Shown: in pieces, positions 31,200 to 40,882 of the stretch
Layout: every line of letters starts with the position of its first letter
Numbering within the stretch: the first letter of the stretch is position 1
Assembly: GCA_037200965.1 (NCBI GenBank)
Contig: JBBCGK010000001.1
Location: 480,001-544,000 of the forward strand
Length of the DNA: 64,000 bases
Reading direction: 5' to 3'
Origin: a bacterium
GTDB lineage: Bacteria; Patescibacteriota; Minisyncoccia; Phycocordibacterales; Phycocordibacteraceae
Made by a program: the position numbers and the translations under genes
Notes under the pieces: generated by a model
Database searches by the model: none
The model's input: only the letters and a program-made list of their open reading frames with translations
What the model was told of the DNA's origin: nothing

Positions 31200-32099
31200 A
31201 TGAGCGCTATCACCCTCACGCGCATCCACTCTCCGAAGTCCACCGCGGACATGCTCCGGCAGATCGTTTTCCGCGGGGTGTATGATAGGCGCGGAAGCTC
31301 CGTACGGCCTTATGAGGACGCGCGCTTCTCCATCACGACGGTTTACCCACAAAGCTCGCCCGGAGGGTCGCCGGAAATCAAGATCGGGAAAAGACGCGAA
31401 CCCCTTTTTACCCCGCAGCCGACCATCTACGAGAATCAGACGAAGATTCTGGAGGAGGTGGATTCGTTCCTGCTCGGGCACGACGTGCGTATGAGCGAAC
31501 TGCGCGGCGCCGTCGAGTATTCGTGGGAAGGCCGGGGGGACTTCCATATCCTTCCGCCCGTCATCGAAAAGCACACCTTTCACCTCCGGGACGGATACCT
31601 TGATCTGGGGAAGTTATTGAAACGCTTCAAGGGCCTCCACGTTAAAGACGCCCGCGGAAAACTCCACCGCCTCTCGGACCGCTATCTGCGCTCGTTTTAT
31701 ATAGACGAGGTGAGCAAGATCGAACACCTCGACGTATTCAACTCGAACGTTCCGATCATCAACTACGGACTCGGGCATAACGGCGCTTTCAGCTTCTATA
31801 TCGTCTGCGACGGCGCGCACCGGCTTGACCTTATCCTCGAAAAAATAAAGAAGCCCATGAACGTGCTCCTGGTCGAGCACCTGGAAAAGGACGCGCATCT
31901 CTACCCCTATTACGCCTTTCCCGTCCCGTTCCGGCCGTCGCTCCGGCTCTCAAGCAAGCTCTCCGAAAAGATGTACCACCGCCTGGAGCGCGACAAGATT
32001 CACATGTTCAACGATTTCATCAAGAAAACCCTCCACTACGACTGGGAAGCGGGCGGACTTAAGGTAAGTAAGCTCAGGAGCAACGCGGAAATCTTCTGA
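31200..32099 (+). CDS. hypothetical protein, possible ParB/sulfiredoxin-like domain
   Basis: ATG at 31200; …NYGLGHNGAFSFYIVCDGAHRLDLI… resembles the DGxHR motif of ParB-like nuclease domains (tentative). Confidence 0.35.
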   Translation: MSAITLTRIHSPKSTADMLRQIVFRGVYDRRGSSVRPYEDARFSITTVYPQSSPGGSPEIKIGKRREPLFTPQPTIYENQTKILEEVDSFLLGHDVRMSELRGAVEYSWEGRGDFHILPPVIEKHTFHLRDGYLDLGKLLKRFKGLHVKDARGKLHRLSDRYLRSFYIDEVSKIEHLDVFNSNVPIINYGLGHNGAFSFYIVCDGAHRLDLILEKIKKPMNVLLVEHLEKDAHLYPYYAFPVPFRPSLRLSSKLSEKMYHRLERDKIHMFNDFIKKTLHYDWEAGGLKVSKLRSNAEIF

Positions 32100-32106
32100 C
32101 TACCCT

Positions 32107-33000
32107 ATGCGTATGAACCCCTCCGATATCACCTCTCTCACACGCGCGCTTGAACTTTCGATATCGACGGCTCCTCCCCAAAAGCAGCATGCGGTTACGG
32201 CATCGGTCGCCTATTCCCGAAGCGGAGCTTCGTATCCGGCCGGAACCGTATCGTCGCAGACGCACATCCTCGACCTCCCTTCCGAACTCGCCGCGCTCGT
32301 CCGCGCTACGCATCACGGGGACTATCCGATCACCGAGGTGCACACGATGGCAGTCGATCCTGCGACGCCCGTCTCGCCGCTTGCGCTCAAAGCCCTCGCC
32401 GACCACACCGCGCGCACGGGTACCGCCATACGCTACGCGGTATTCGATATGGACGGAAACATTCTCTTCTCGGTCGACGACGCGCGCAATGCTCTCCCCT
32501 TTTACCGGATGCCCGAGCACTTGCTCTCAGCCGCAACAGATCCTACGCGGATCGTTGCGCTTCCCCAGGCGCGCGAAGTCGCAGGAGAGAGCATCGAGTC
32601 CCAGCTCCGCCGCTTGTCGCTTGCCGGAACCACGCTCAATTTCCCGACGCGAGACGGCGCGTCGGGCTATGGTGCCGCCGTGCGCACCAAGGACGGCACC
32701 TTCTACTACGGCGGCCAGTACTCGAGCTTCGATAAACGCCTTGGCATACATGCGGAAGTCGCCGTGCTCGTAAACGCGCTTATGAGCGGCGCAAGCGACA
32801 TCACGCACCTGGGCATCATCTCTTCGAAAGCAACCGATACGCCCTGTAACCCTTGCGGTTGCTGCCGCCAGTTCATCAGCGAATTAGCGCGGGCCCGCAC
32901 GTTCGAGCCGCAAATATGGTGTTTCGCCTCCGCCACCGAACAGGCCAACTCTTATGCCATCGACGAGTTGCTTCCCTCCGTATGGACAAATCGCCGATGA
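32107..33000 (+). CDS. cytidine/deoxycytidylate-deaminase-fold protein
   Basis: Zinc-binding HAEVAVL … PCNPCGCCRQF in the C-terminal half; 297 aa. Confidence 0.5.
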   Translation: MRMNPSDITSLTRALELSISTAPPQKQHAVTASVAYSRSGASYPAGTVSSQTHILDLPSELAALVRATHHGDYPITEVHTMAVDPATPVSPLALKALADHTARTGTAIRYAVFDMDGNILFSVDDARNALPFYRMPEHLLSAATDPTRIVALPQAREVAGESIESQLRRLSLAGTTLNFPTRDGASGYGAAVRTKDGTFYYGGQYSSFDKRLGIHAEVAVLVNALMSGASDITHLGIISSKATDTPCNPCGCCRQFISELARARTFEPQIWCFASATEQANSYAIDELLPSVWTNRR

Positions 33001-35396
33001 CAAGCGCAAGACCGCAATTCCCCATCGTCGACGCGCTGCTTTTCGCGCCGCCCGAGTCGGCGAACGGCCGGATCGGCATCTGCACGAATACGAGCGCGCC
33101 GGGCCAGATCTATAACGACGTCGAGGAGAACAACCGCTTGGCGGTATCGATACTCGGGCCCCTGATCGTAAGCCGCGACGGGACGGAGCGCATGATCCTC
33201 AACTCGCTCGCGCACCCCACCCTTTCCTATCTCATACTTTTTTCCGAGGAGTCGCTTACGTTTTCGCCAAGCACCAACTTGCTGCTTGCGCTCATGCACG
33301 GCCTCGACGAGAGCCGCAGCGGCAACTACATCAGGGACGGACAGGCCGTATCCGCGCACTATCCCAATCTCTCAAAAGACATCCTCCGTCTCTTCGGGGA
33401 AACCATCGTCGTGCTCCCGCTCTATATGTCGCAGAACAAGGAGAGCGCCGCGGTCGTTGCCGAGTATCTTGCCTGGCTTGGTCCGCGCATTCCGGAAGAT
33501 GTCTCGTCGTTCCTTAGGGAAGCGAACGCGAAGGAGAAAAAGTATTTCGACGCGCTTAACAAGCTTATCGGGCTCCTGAGAAAGATTCCGGAAAAGGAAA
33601 AGCCTCCGGTCATGCTCGACCCGAAGGACTTCCAGCATCTTCAGCCTCCCACGGTCACGATCCCGAACGAGCGGATACGCGCTACGGTGCCGTTTCGCGT
33701 AACGCTCGAAGGCGGGCTGCTCCGGCTTGACCTACGGCTTGGCGAACGGACGTACTTCATCCGCGACGAAAACGATTTCCGCATCGAGTATTCGCTGATG
33801 AAGTACCTCGGCGAGAGAAAGTCGGAGTTTACGCCGCTTGAGCAGTTACTTATCGGCGCCGAACTGAACCGGGCGAACGTGGAACGCACGAGCGGCCTCG
33901 CCGCGGAACCGTTCACGGAACCGAACGACATACGGGGAACCGAGGAAATCCTGCTCGAACCGAACGTGGCGCTCATCCCCGACCAGGAGTACTACTACAA
34001 AATCGGCCTTAAGGGCGAGCAGGTTTCGGTGATGTGCATGGCGTTCGATATCTGCGAGGAAGTGTTCGAGCTCCGCTCGAAAGAAGCGGGCGGCATATTC
34101 AAGTGGCTGAGCGAAAAAGACCGGTTCCAGAAATACGAAATGGACATGCTCCATCGAATGGATGTCGGCGGCCAGATCGGACGTGCCGCGATCGCGGCGC
34201 GCTTCGGTTATTCGTTCATCCAGGACTTCTCGAGCATTTTCAAGCTCAATACCGAAACGCTTCCGCTTATCCTCGCCGAAGGCGACTCGTTCCTCGATGT
34301 ACACCGGTCGCTTCTTCTCAAGACCTATACCGAAGGCATTACGGAGCCGCACGGCGACGAACGGAAAGGGCTCTCCCGCACCGCCGTCGTACTTGCCGTC
34401 TACCGGGACGGCGCGACCGCGCTCGCGCAGATGCCGGGTATTTATAAGCAAGGCGACCAGTCGACGGAAGAGATGCGCGACGCGTACGCGAAGCAGCTGC
34501 TCCGGCTTGATCACGACGGCGACTATAGCTACGGGGAGCGCACGCGCGTACATTTCGGTTTCGACCAGCTGGAAACCGCGAAAAAAGCGCTCGCGGACAA
34601 CCCGGGACGCGCGACCATCGTGCAGCGCTTTGATCCGACCGAGGATATGGGCAGGTCGCGTAACCCGGATACGGGCCGGACCGAATACACGCACGATCCC
34701 TGCCTTACGCACGACATCTTTTTCGTCCAAAACGGAAAGCTGCATTCGTTCCACGTCGCCCGGGCCCATAACCTTCCGAACGCGTACCCGGAGAACATTT
34801 TCGGTCTTCATGATGCGTATGTCCGCCCCGTCCGCGACAGCCTTGCCCTCGCCTCCGGAGACCTGTACATGCTGTCGAGTCGGGGAAACATCCTCCTCCT
34901 TACCGAGGAGCAGCGCGTGCGGAAGATCATCGCGGAACCGTCGAAACCGATGGGCGCGGTCGATAGCGTAAGCGGCCCGTTTCTTATCGGACCGAACGTG
35001 CGTTCCCCGGCCGTTCCCCAAGGAGGAATTTCTTATACGACTATCAAGCTCGAAGAAAACACTTCCTGCTCCCATCCTTTCCTCGATCGCTTCGCTTCGT
35101 TTGAAGGCATCGATACCATCGAACGGGCTATTTCCTATCTCGAAACTAAGGGCGGGGCGCACAACAACCCCATCCTCACCACATACCAGGCCGGAAAGTC
35201 GGACCCGCAGGAGGACCATCTTGTCTTCTTCCAGGCGAACGTGTTCGGAAAGCGCCTGCAGGCGACCGCCGTATTCGCGAACCACGCGCCGGAACCCGTG
35301 GACCGTGCGCTTATTTTCGCGCTTGCCACGCGCTTCGCAGGCCGGCTCAAGGTCGGGCTCGGAAATGCCGCCATTTTCTATGTCAACGCAGGCTGA
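32997..35396 (+). CDS. large (799 aa) protein with a C-terminal thymidylate-synthase / dCMP-hydroxymethylase-fold domain
   Basis: ATG at 32997 overlaps the upstream stop (ATGA). The C-terminus has DQLETAKKALADNPGRATIVQRFDPTE (compare TS DQ…NPDSRRIIVSAWNP) and HDPCLTHDIFFVQNGKLHSFHVARAHNLPNAYPENIFGLHDAY (compare PCH…NG.LS…QRS.D…PFNI). The N-terminal 500 aa are unknown. Confidence 0.5.
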   Translation: MTSARPQFPIVDALLFAPPESANGRIGICTNTSAPGQIYNDVEENNRLAVSILGPLIVSRDGTERMILNSLAHPTLSYLILFSEESLTFSPSTNLLLALMHGLDESRSGNYIRDGQAVSAHYPNLSKDILRLFGETIVVLPLYMSQNKESAAVVAEYLAWLGPRIPEDVSSFLREANAKEKKYFDALNKLIGLLRKIPEKEKPPVMLDPKDFQHLQPPTVTIPNERIRATVPFRVTLEGGLLRLDLRLGERTYFIRDENDFRIEYSLMKYLGERKSEFTPLEQLLIGAELNRANVERTSGLAAEPFTEPNDIRGTEEILLEPNVALIPDQEYYYKIGLKGEQVSVMCMAFDICEEVFELRSKEAGGIFKWLSEKDRFQKYEMDMLHRMDVGGQIGRAAIAARFGYSFIQDFSSIFKLNTETLPLILAEGDSFLDVHRSLLLKTYTEGITEPHGDERKGLSRTAVVLAVYRDGATALAQMPGIYKQGDQSTEEMRDAYAKQLLRLDHDGDYSYGERTRVHFGFDQLETAKKALADNPGRATIVQRFDPTEDMGRSRNPDTGRTEYTHDPCLTHDIFFVQNGKLHSFHVARAHNLPNAYPENIFGLHDAYVRPVRDSLALASGDLYMLSSRGNILLLTEEQRVRKIIAEPSKPMGAVDSVSGPFLIGPNVRSPAVPQGGISYTTIKLEENTSCSHPFLDRFASFEGIDTIERAISYLETKGGAHNNPILTTYQAGKSDPQEDHLVFFQANVFGKRLQATAVFANHAPEPVDRALIFALATRFAGRLKVGLGNAAIFYVNAG

Positions 35397-36057
35397 CCGA
35401 TTCAAAGACGTGCGCGTCGTCGGATTCGATCTCGACCAGACGCTGTATCCGAAATCGCCGGATATCGATACGATGATCCAAAAGTACCTGTATGAAAAGA
35501 TAGCCGAGCACCGCGGCATCGCCCTTATCGACGCAGAGCTGCTGTTTAAAGAGCTGTACCGGGACGGTTCGGGACTGTCGGGGCGGCAGACCCTCGAATC
35601 GCTCGGGCTTTCCGAGGCGTCGAACCTGGTGCAAGAGGCCCTCGAGCGCGCCGACATCGCCGCGGTGCTGCGTCCGGATCAGACAGTGAACCGATTCCTT
35701 GCCGAGCTGCGCGTTTCCTGTGATGGAATGGATCTGATTACCGGCTCGAACCTGTCTCAAACACAAAAGAAGCTCGCGGCTCTCGGGCTTTCTCCCGAAA
35801 GCTTCACCCACTGCCTTACCGAAGACCAGGCGAGCAAATCGGACGGTGCGGCATACCGGCTGTGGCTTTCCCTCTATCCGCACCTTCCGCCGCGGCACTT
35901 TCTCTATATCGGGGACCGGGTGCAAAGCGACCACGTGGTCCCGGCGGCGCTTGGCATACGCACCGCACTCGTTAATGTGCGAGCTGTCGACGCGCAAATC
36001 AGCGTCCCCCAGCTTCCGAGTTTGCTTGATCTGCGGGGCCTGCTCCCGGCACGATAG
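35380..36057 (+). CDS. HAD-superfamily hydrolase/phosphatase
   Basis: Motif I VVGFDLDQTLY immediately after the start; about 225 aa. Confidence 0.6.
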   Translation: MSTQADRFKDVRVVGFDLDQTLYPKSPDIDTMIQKYLYEKIAEHRGIALIDAELLFKELYRDGSGLSGRQTLESLGLSEASNLVQEALERADIAAVLRPDQTVNRFLAELRVSCDGMDLITGSNLSQTQKKLAALGLSPESFTHCLTEDQASKSDGAAYRLWLSLYPHLPPRHFLYIGDRVQSDHVVPAALGIRTALVNVRAVDAQISVPQLPSLLDLRGLLPAR

Positions 36058-36070
36058 CTATAATAAAAAC

Positions 36071-36098
36071 AGGCGCCGTTTAGGGCGCCTGTTTTTAT
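36071..36098 (+). terminator. rho-independent terminator (AGGCGCC…GGCGCCT hairpin plus T-run)
   Basis: aggcgccgtttagggcgcctgttttta directly after the HAD gene. Confidence 0.5.
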
Positions 36099-36105
36099 AT
36101 TCAAA

Positions 36106-37022
36106 GGGTAATCCCTAATTCCTGCCACCAAACCCAGTGCCCTGAACGAGCGTGAGCAGACGCTCCTCCTGCTCGGCAAGCGTCTTCGTGCGGCGGTTGA
36201 ACTTCCAGGCGATCTCTCCGACGAAGAGGTACAGATGCGTACGGCGCATGCCGCCGATGCATCCGAGACGACGCTTCAAGAGCCCCCAGAAGCCCTCGAT
36301 GTTGTTCGTATGCACGTCGCCGCGTACGAGCTCTCCGCCGTCATGATCCACGTACTCGTGACGGTACCCCCGCTTCTTGAGGCCGCGGTATGTTTTGAAG
36401 CCGTCGGTATACACGTACGCTCCCTCCGGCACCAGCCGCTCGATCGTGCTGAAGATGGTCCTCCAATCAAGCTTCTTGGGGAGTATGGCGACATATACCT
36501 GTCCGGAGGTCCGCGAAAAGAGCCCGAAGATGGGAAGCTTGTCGGTCCCGTGACCGCGCTTCGTTTCCAGACGCCGGATGTGGAGACGTTTGTTCTTGCG
36601 CTGGCCGCCGATGTACGTTTCGTCCATCTCGATTGGACCGGGAAGCACGGCTGGCTGGTCAGCCGTCATGACCGTACGGAGATGGAGTGCCATGCGCTCC
36701 ACGCGCGAATGCGGTATTCCCGTCTCCTCAACGATACGTTTGATCGTCCGCTCCCTGAGGAAGACACGTATGCACTTCCGCCACTCGGCTTCCGTGCTGC
36801 GGATGCCCTCAACTGGAGCTGCGTGCCCGCTCCACTCGCGTCTGCACCGCCTGCACTTCAGTTTGTTCCTGCGGAGTTTCCAGGCACGGCGGAAGGCGCA
36901 ATACGGACATACAGGAGCGGGCATATATGGTGGCACTATTAGGTATTGCACCACTGTGCCCGTCAGAGAGCCTCACGCAAGGATATTTCAAAGATATGTG
37001 GTGGCAGAGTTAGGGATTACCC
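36106..37022 (-). mobile_element. IS1595-family insertion sequence, 917 bp, with perfect 13-bp terminal inverted repeats (GGGTAATCCCTAA) and 7-bp flanking duplication ATTCAAA
   Basis: IRs at 36106..36118 and 37010..37022 seen directly; ATTCAAA flanks both ends (36099..36105 and 37023..37029); a single transposase ORF lies inside. Confidence 0.75.
36115..36954 (-). CDS. IS1595-family (ISXO2-like) DDE transposase
   Basis: N-terminal Zn-finger-like CPYC…CRRC, DETYIGG…, NIEGFWGLLKR motif; 279 aa. Confidence 0.8.
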   Translation of the reverse strand: MVQYLIVPPYMPAPVCPYCAFRRAWKLRRNKLKCRRCRREWSGHAAPVEGIRSTEAEWRKCIRVFLRERTIKRIVEETGIPHSRVERMALHLRTVMTADQPAVLPGPIEMDETYIGGQRKNKRLHIRRLETKRGHGTDKLPIFGLFSRTSGQVYVAILPKKLDWRTIFSTIERLVPEGAYVYTDGFKTYRGLKKRGYRHEYVDHDGGELVRGDVHTNNIEGFWGLLKRRLGCIGGMRRTHLYLFVGEIAWKFNRRTKTLAEQEERLLTLVQGTGFGGRN

Positions 37023-37032
37023 ATTCAAAAAC

Positions 37033-37452
37033 TTATTTGACCTCCACGCCCATCGAACGGGCAGTTCCCTCAACAAGGCGGTCGGCAGCTTCAAGCGAAC
37101 CGGCGTTGAGGTCCGGCATCTTCTCCTCGGAGATAGCGCGCACCTGGGCCTTCGAGAGCGTGCCTGCTTTCTCAAGCGGAGTCTTCCCGGAACCCTTCTC
37201 GATACCGAGCGCCTTGAGGATAAGGCGGGACGCGGGCGGGGTCTTTAGGATAAAGGTGAAGCTGCGGTCGTCGAAGACCGAGAGTTCGACCGGGATGATA
37301 ATACCCATCTTCTCGCGGGTAGCTTCGTTGAACTTCGAGACGAAGTCGCCGATGTTGACGCCCGCCGGGCCAAGCGCGGTACCGACCGGAGGAGCGGGCG
37401 TCGCCTTCCCGCCCGGGATCTGGAGCTTTATCTTCTTTACGAGCTTTGCCAT
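37033..37452 (-). CDS. rplK: 50S ribosomal protein L11
   Basis: [43 protein letters not shown]…. Confidence 0.9.
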   Translation of the reverse strand: MAKLVKKIKLQIPGGKATPAPPVGTALGPAGVNIGDFVSKFNEATREKMGIIIPVELSVFDDRSFTFILKTPPASRLILKALGIEKGSGKTPLEKAGTLSKAQVRAISEEKMPDLNAGSLEAADRLVEGTARSMGVEVK

Positions 37453-37470
37453 ACGTATGGAGACTCTACG

Positions 37471-38043
37471 CTAGAGCTTCCTGATCTGCAAGAAATCGAG
37501 CTCGACCGGCGTCTCGCGGCCGAACATGGCGACCAGAACCTTGACCTTGCCGCGGTCCTCGTCGATCTCCCCCACCTTGCCCTCGAGGTCCTTGAACGGC
37601 CCGTCGTTTATGACGACCGGATCGTCTTTCACGAGGTCGATCTTGTGCTTCGCGACCTCAGCATTCATGCGCTTCATGAGGACGGCGACTTCCGCCTCGT
37701 CCATCGGGACAGGGGTTACGCCCGAGCCCACGAACCCGGTCACGCGAGGGGTGTTGCGCACCACGAACCACGAGTCATCGTCGACGAGCATCCGCACGAG
37801 AATATACCCCGGATAAATCTTTTCCTCTTCGGTCACGCGCTTCCCAGCTTTCACGCGGATCTTCTTCTCGGTCGGGACGACGACGTCGAATATCTTCTCC
37901 TCCATGCCGAGGGACTCAATGCGCTGCTTGAGGTTGCGCTCCACGGCGTTCTCGTATCCGGCGTACGTGTGGATCGCGTACCAGCGGGCGTCTTCCTTGC
38001 CGAGCCTGGTCTGGTCGGTGATATGGGTGCTGTTGGGTTCCAT
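37471..38043 (-). CDS. nusG: transcription termination/antitermination factor NusG
   Basis: NGN domain WYAIHTYAGYENAV… and C-terminal KOW (…GPFKDLEGKVGEIDEDRGKVKVLV…). Confidence 0.85.
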   Translation of the reverse strand: MEPNSTHITDQTRLGKEDARWYAIHTYAGYENAVERNLKQRIESLGMEEKIFDVVVPTEKKIRVKAGKRVTEEEKIYPGYILVRMLVDDDSWFVVRNTPRVTGFVGSGVTPVPMDEAEVAVLMKRMNAEVAKHKIDLVKDDPVVINDGPFKDLEGKVGEIDEDRGKVKVLVAMFGRETPVELDFLQIRKL

Positions 38044-38054
38044 GGCCGGGGAAG

Positions 38055-38240
38055 TTATGCGCCGACGTAGTAGCTCACGACGGTCGTGAAGACGTAGTCG
38101 AGGGCGCCGATAAGAAGCGCGGTTATAAGCGAAATGAAGAGTACGAGGAGCGTGTGCTCAATCGCTTCCTTTCGTGAAGGCCAGGTAACGTGCGAGAGTT
38201 CTGCGCGCACGTGCGTGAGATACGAGAAAAGTGAAGTCAT
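38055..38240 (-). CDS. secE: preprotein translocase subunit SecE
   Basis: 61 aa with a single TM helix, positioned immediately upstream of nusG as in the conserved secE-nusG-rplK arrangement. Confidence 0.6.
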   Translation of the reverse strand: MTSLFSYLTHVRAELSHVTWPSRKEAIEHTLLVLFISLITALLIGALDYVFTTVVSYYVGA

Positions 38241-38327
38241 AGGGTGGTGGGTAAAAGCGGATTCGCCAATTAAAAAACCCCTGCGGGGTCGGTACGTTTC
38301 CCATGATAGTACGGGCCGGAAATCGAG

Positions 38328-39371
38328 TCAAGCAGCTGTACGCGTCCAGTACCTCTGGCACTCCTCGGCCGTTAATGAGGAGAGTATATACCGGAGCGGC
38401 GGCACCTGTCCCAGGGACTCGTGCGGACGCCGGGCGTTGTACCAGAGCAGCCAGTCGACCAGCTTCAGGTTGAATGCCGCGACGTCGTCCCGCAGGAGCG
38501 GCCGATTGAGCATGATGCAGTCCTCCGAGATCGTCCGGTTGAACCGCTCGACGAACGCGTTCATCTTCGGGCTGCGGGGAAACGTATTGAAGTGGGTGAG
38601 GCCGAGGGCGCGGCACCCCGCCTCGAAGTTCTTGGCGAACTCCGGGCCGTTGTCGGTCTGGAGCTCCGTGATGTCGAAGGGGCACACCGCGATGACGCGC
38701 GCGAGGAAATCGGCGGCGGACGCGGAGGAGTGGACGGTATACGCGCCGGCGAAGGCGAACTTCTTCTCGACATCGATGGCGGTCAGGACGTACCGCTTCA
38801 CGCCGTCGATGAAGCGGACGACGGTGTCGAGCTCCATGCCCCGCTTGTGCCGCCTGCGCAGCTTCGTGCGCTTCGATACGGGCTTCTCCCGATACGTGCC
38901 GCTTCGCGCATAGTATGAGAGCGGCTTGTGCGGGAGCAGCAGCCCTCTCCTCTTGAGGTCCGCGACGACCCTCCCGACATACGATTCGGATACCCGGTAC
39001 CCGTCCTCCCGCAGCAGGGCTGCGAGCTTCGCCTTGCCGAGCCTCGGATGCTCCGCGCGCTCCTTCAGGATGAACGTCTCGACCTCGGGGAGGACGATGC
39101 GTCTCCTCCGATTCTTCGGTGCCGTCGACTTGGGATCGAGCGCGTCGAGTCTCCCGTGCGCGCGGTCGAGCTTCGCCTGCCAACGGAAGAGCGTGCGGCG
39201 AGAGACGCTGAAGGCGTCCCTGGCCGCACGCTCCCCGTGCGTTTTCCAGAAGTCCAGCACCTTGACCCGATGCCGCACCTCGTCGTTGTTCCTCATATGC
39301 AGGAAGCGTATGCTCCGCTCGCGCATATACAACCAGCCCTCGGTATCCTTCAGTATGTTGAATTGACGCAT
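38328..39371 (-). CDS. IS481-family transposase (HTH + rve/DDE integrase core)
   Basis: …ELQTDNGPEF… DDE core; 347 aa. Confidence 0.75.
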   Translation of the reverse strand: MRQFNILKDTEGWLYMRERSIRFLHMRNNDEVRHRVKVLDFWKTHGERAARDAFSVSRRTLFRWQAKLDRAHGRLDALDPKSTAPKNRRRRIVLPEVETFILKERAEHPRLGKAKLAALLREDGYRVSESYVGRVVADLKRRGLLLPHKPLSYYARSGTYREKPVSKRTKLRRRHKRGMELDTVVRFIDGVKRYVLTAIDVEKKFAFAGAYTVHSSASAADFLARVIAVCPFDITELQTDNGPEFAKNFEAGCRALGLTHFNTFPRSPKMNAFVERFNRTISEDCIMLNRPLLRDDVAAFNLKLVDWLLWYNARRPHESLGQVPPLRYILSSLTAEECQRYWTRTAA

Positions 39372-39398
39372 CGCTCCTCAGTTAGGAGGAGTGCCATA
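38354..39398 (-). mobile_element. IS481-family-like insertion sequence (~1.05 kb) with imperfect ~27-bp terminal inverted repeats (TGGCACTCCTC… core)
   Basis: Left end tggcactcctcggccgttaatgaggag at 38356; right end is the reverse complement tggcactcctcctaactgaggag ending at 39396. It contains a single HTH+rve ORF. Confidence 0.55.
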
Positions 39399-39491
39399 TG
39401 TATCTGAACTTGTGCAGCGGTGTGCAAGTATAAAAAAGACCTCCGCAACCTTAACGGTGCGGAGGTTTGAAGTGTCGAGGAGTCGTGGCGA

Positions 39492-39884
39492 TCAGGCCGC
39501 GATGCGATCGCAAGTTCGCGCTTGGCGGAGTACTGCCGCCCGGCGCGCGATTTCTGCGTCGCTGAGTGAGCTGGGATGGCGTGCCACAGCGAGCTCGGCC
39601 CTGAAGCCCTCCAGCTCGTCGATGCCGGAAGCCTGCGCGTTCCTGAGCGCTTCGGCGACCGTATACGCACCGTCCCGAACCAGGGTCTTGAGGCGCGCTT
39701 TGATGCCATCCTTCACGGTGGCGAGATCGCGCTCGAGGTCGCGGACCAGGCCCACGAAACCGGCGGCGCGCGCCTGGCTGATGCCCTGTTCGAGGGTGAT
39801 TTCGCGGCCGCGCACGCGACGGCGGATGTCTCCTTCCGTTACGAGCTTCGCGCGCTGACGGAGGACTTTGGCGGTGATATCCAT
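39492..39884 (-). CDS. hypothetical protein (130 aa) in a high-GC pocket next to the IS
   Basis: ATG with a GGGG SD 7 nt upstream; helical-looking sequence with no motif. Several overlapping alternative ORFs exist on both strands. Confidence 0.35.
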   Translation of the reverse strand: MDITAKVLRQRAKLVTEGDIRRRVRGREITLEQGISQARAAGFVGLVRDLERDLATVKDGIKARLKTLVRDGAYTVAEALRNAQASGIDELEGFRAELAVARHPSSLSDAEIARRAAVLRQARTCDRIAA

Positions 39885-40034
39885 GGCATACCCCTTTTTG
39901 CATAGGAACGGCCCAATGCCGGTTCCTGACTAGAATGTAGCATAGTAGTATACGTCTGTCAAGCGAGGTTTCTTAAAATACGAGAAAACGCCGTATATAC
40001 GGCGTTTCTGTCCCTTACACCGGGATCAGTATGG

Positions 40035-40835
40035 CTATCTGATTTCGTAGGTGATGGAAACGGTCGAGGTAGTCTCATTCTCCCCTGTCGGAAGCGAAGG
40101 CGCTGCGGCCATATCCATGGCCTTGCCGCCAAACGCGCTTTGCGAGTACATAGGATACGGCTGGCCGCCGGTTTCTTCGTAGAAGTTCACGACGCGGCCG
40201 AGGCGGACCCCGAGTTCCTTGGCGAGCGCCTGCGCTTTTTCCTTCGCGTCCGCGATCGCTTCCGCGCGTGCCGCGGCCTTCACGCTGCCGTCCTCGTCGA
40301 CGGTGAAATTGGGGCCGCTGATGTTCTGAACGCCAAGGGTTCCGAGCTCCTGGAGCACGTCACCAGCCTTCGCGGTGTCGCGCACCGTCACTTGGATAGT
40401 CTGCGATACGTCATAGCCCGTGATCGTTGCCGTGTTGTTCGGACAGAAGACCCCCGGAGGACAGGTCGGATACGTGTATTGCGGGGATACGCTGTACGCA
40501 AGCGTCTTCACGTCCTTGTCCTCGATGCCGGAATCCTTAAGCGCAGCAAGCGCGTCGTTGCTCTTTTTGGTCGCGGCAGTCTGCGCGTCACCGACCGACT
40601 TCGCGGTCTCGGTCACGGTGTACGTGATCTTGGCCACGTCCGGCACCGCGTTCGCGGTTCCCTGTCCGCTTACGGTAATAGTGTCGGTTGCGGGCGCGCT
40701 CGGGTGGTTAAGGTCGCGGATCACCGAAAGCGATTCCACGAGAAGGAAGAGTGCGAGCATGGCGAGCGCAAACGCTCCCACCTGCACGATGCGGTGCGGC
40801 GGTTCGATGCGCAGGGTCTTTTCGTTTTCGTTCAT
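40035..40835 (-). CDS. SIMPL-domain (DUF541, YggE-like) protein with N-terminal TM anchor
   Basis: N-terminal TM, then the SIMPL-like ITVSGQGTA… layout; 266 aa. Confidence 0.6.
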   Translation of the reverse strand: MNENEKTLRIEPPHRIVQVGAFALAMLALFLLVESLSVIRDLNHPSAPATDTITVSGQGTANAVPDVAKITYTVTETAKSVGDAQTAATKKSNDALAALKDSGIEDKDVKTLAYSVSPQYTYPTCPPGVFCPNNTATITGYDVSQTIQVTVRDTAKAGDVLQELGTLGVQNISGPNFTVDEDGSVKAAARAEAIADAKEKAQALAKELGVRLGRVVNFYEETGGQPYPMYSQSAFGGKAMDMAAAPSLPTGENETTSTVSITYEIR

Positions 40836-40882
40836 ATAGTAAATCGGTTAACGGGTAAGTGCGGACAGTATAGCAGAATCTC

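Noticed and set aside
38241-38330. Possible tRNA upstream of secE, where tRNA-Trp often sits
   Set aside because: No cloverleaf could be folded from this stretch. The region instead runs into the IS481-like element.
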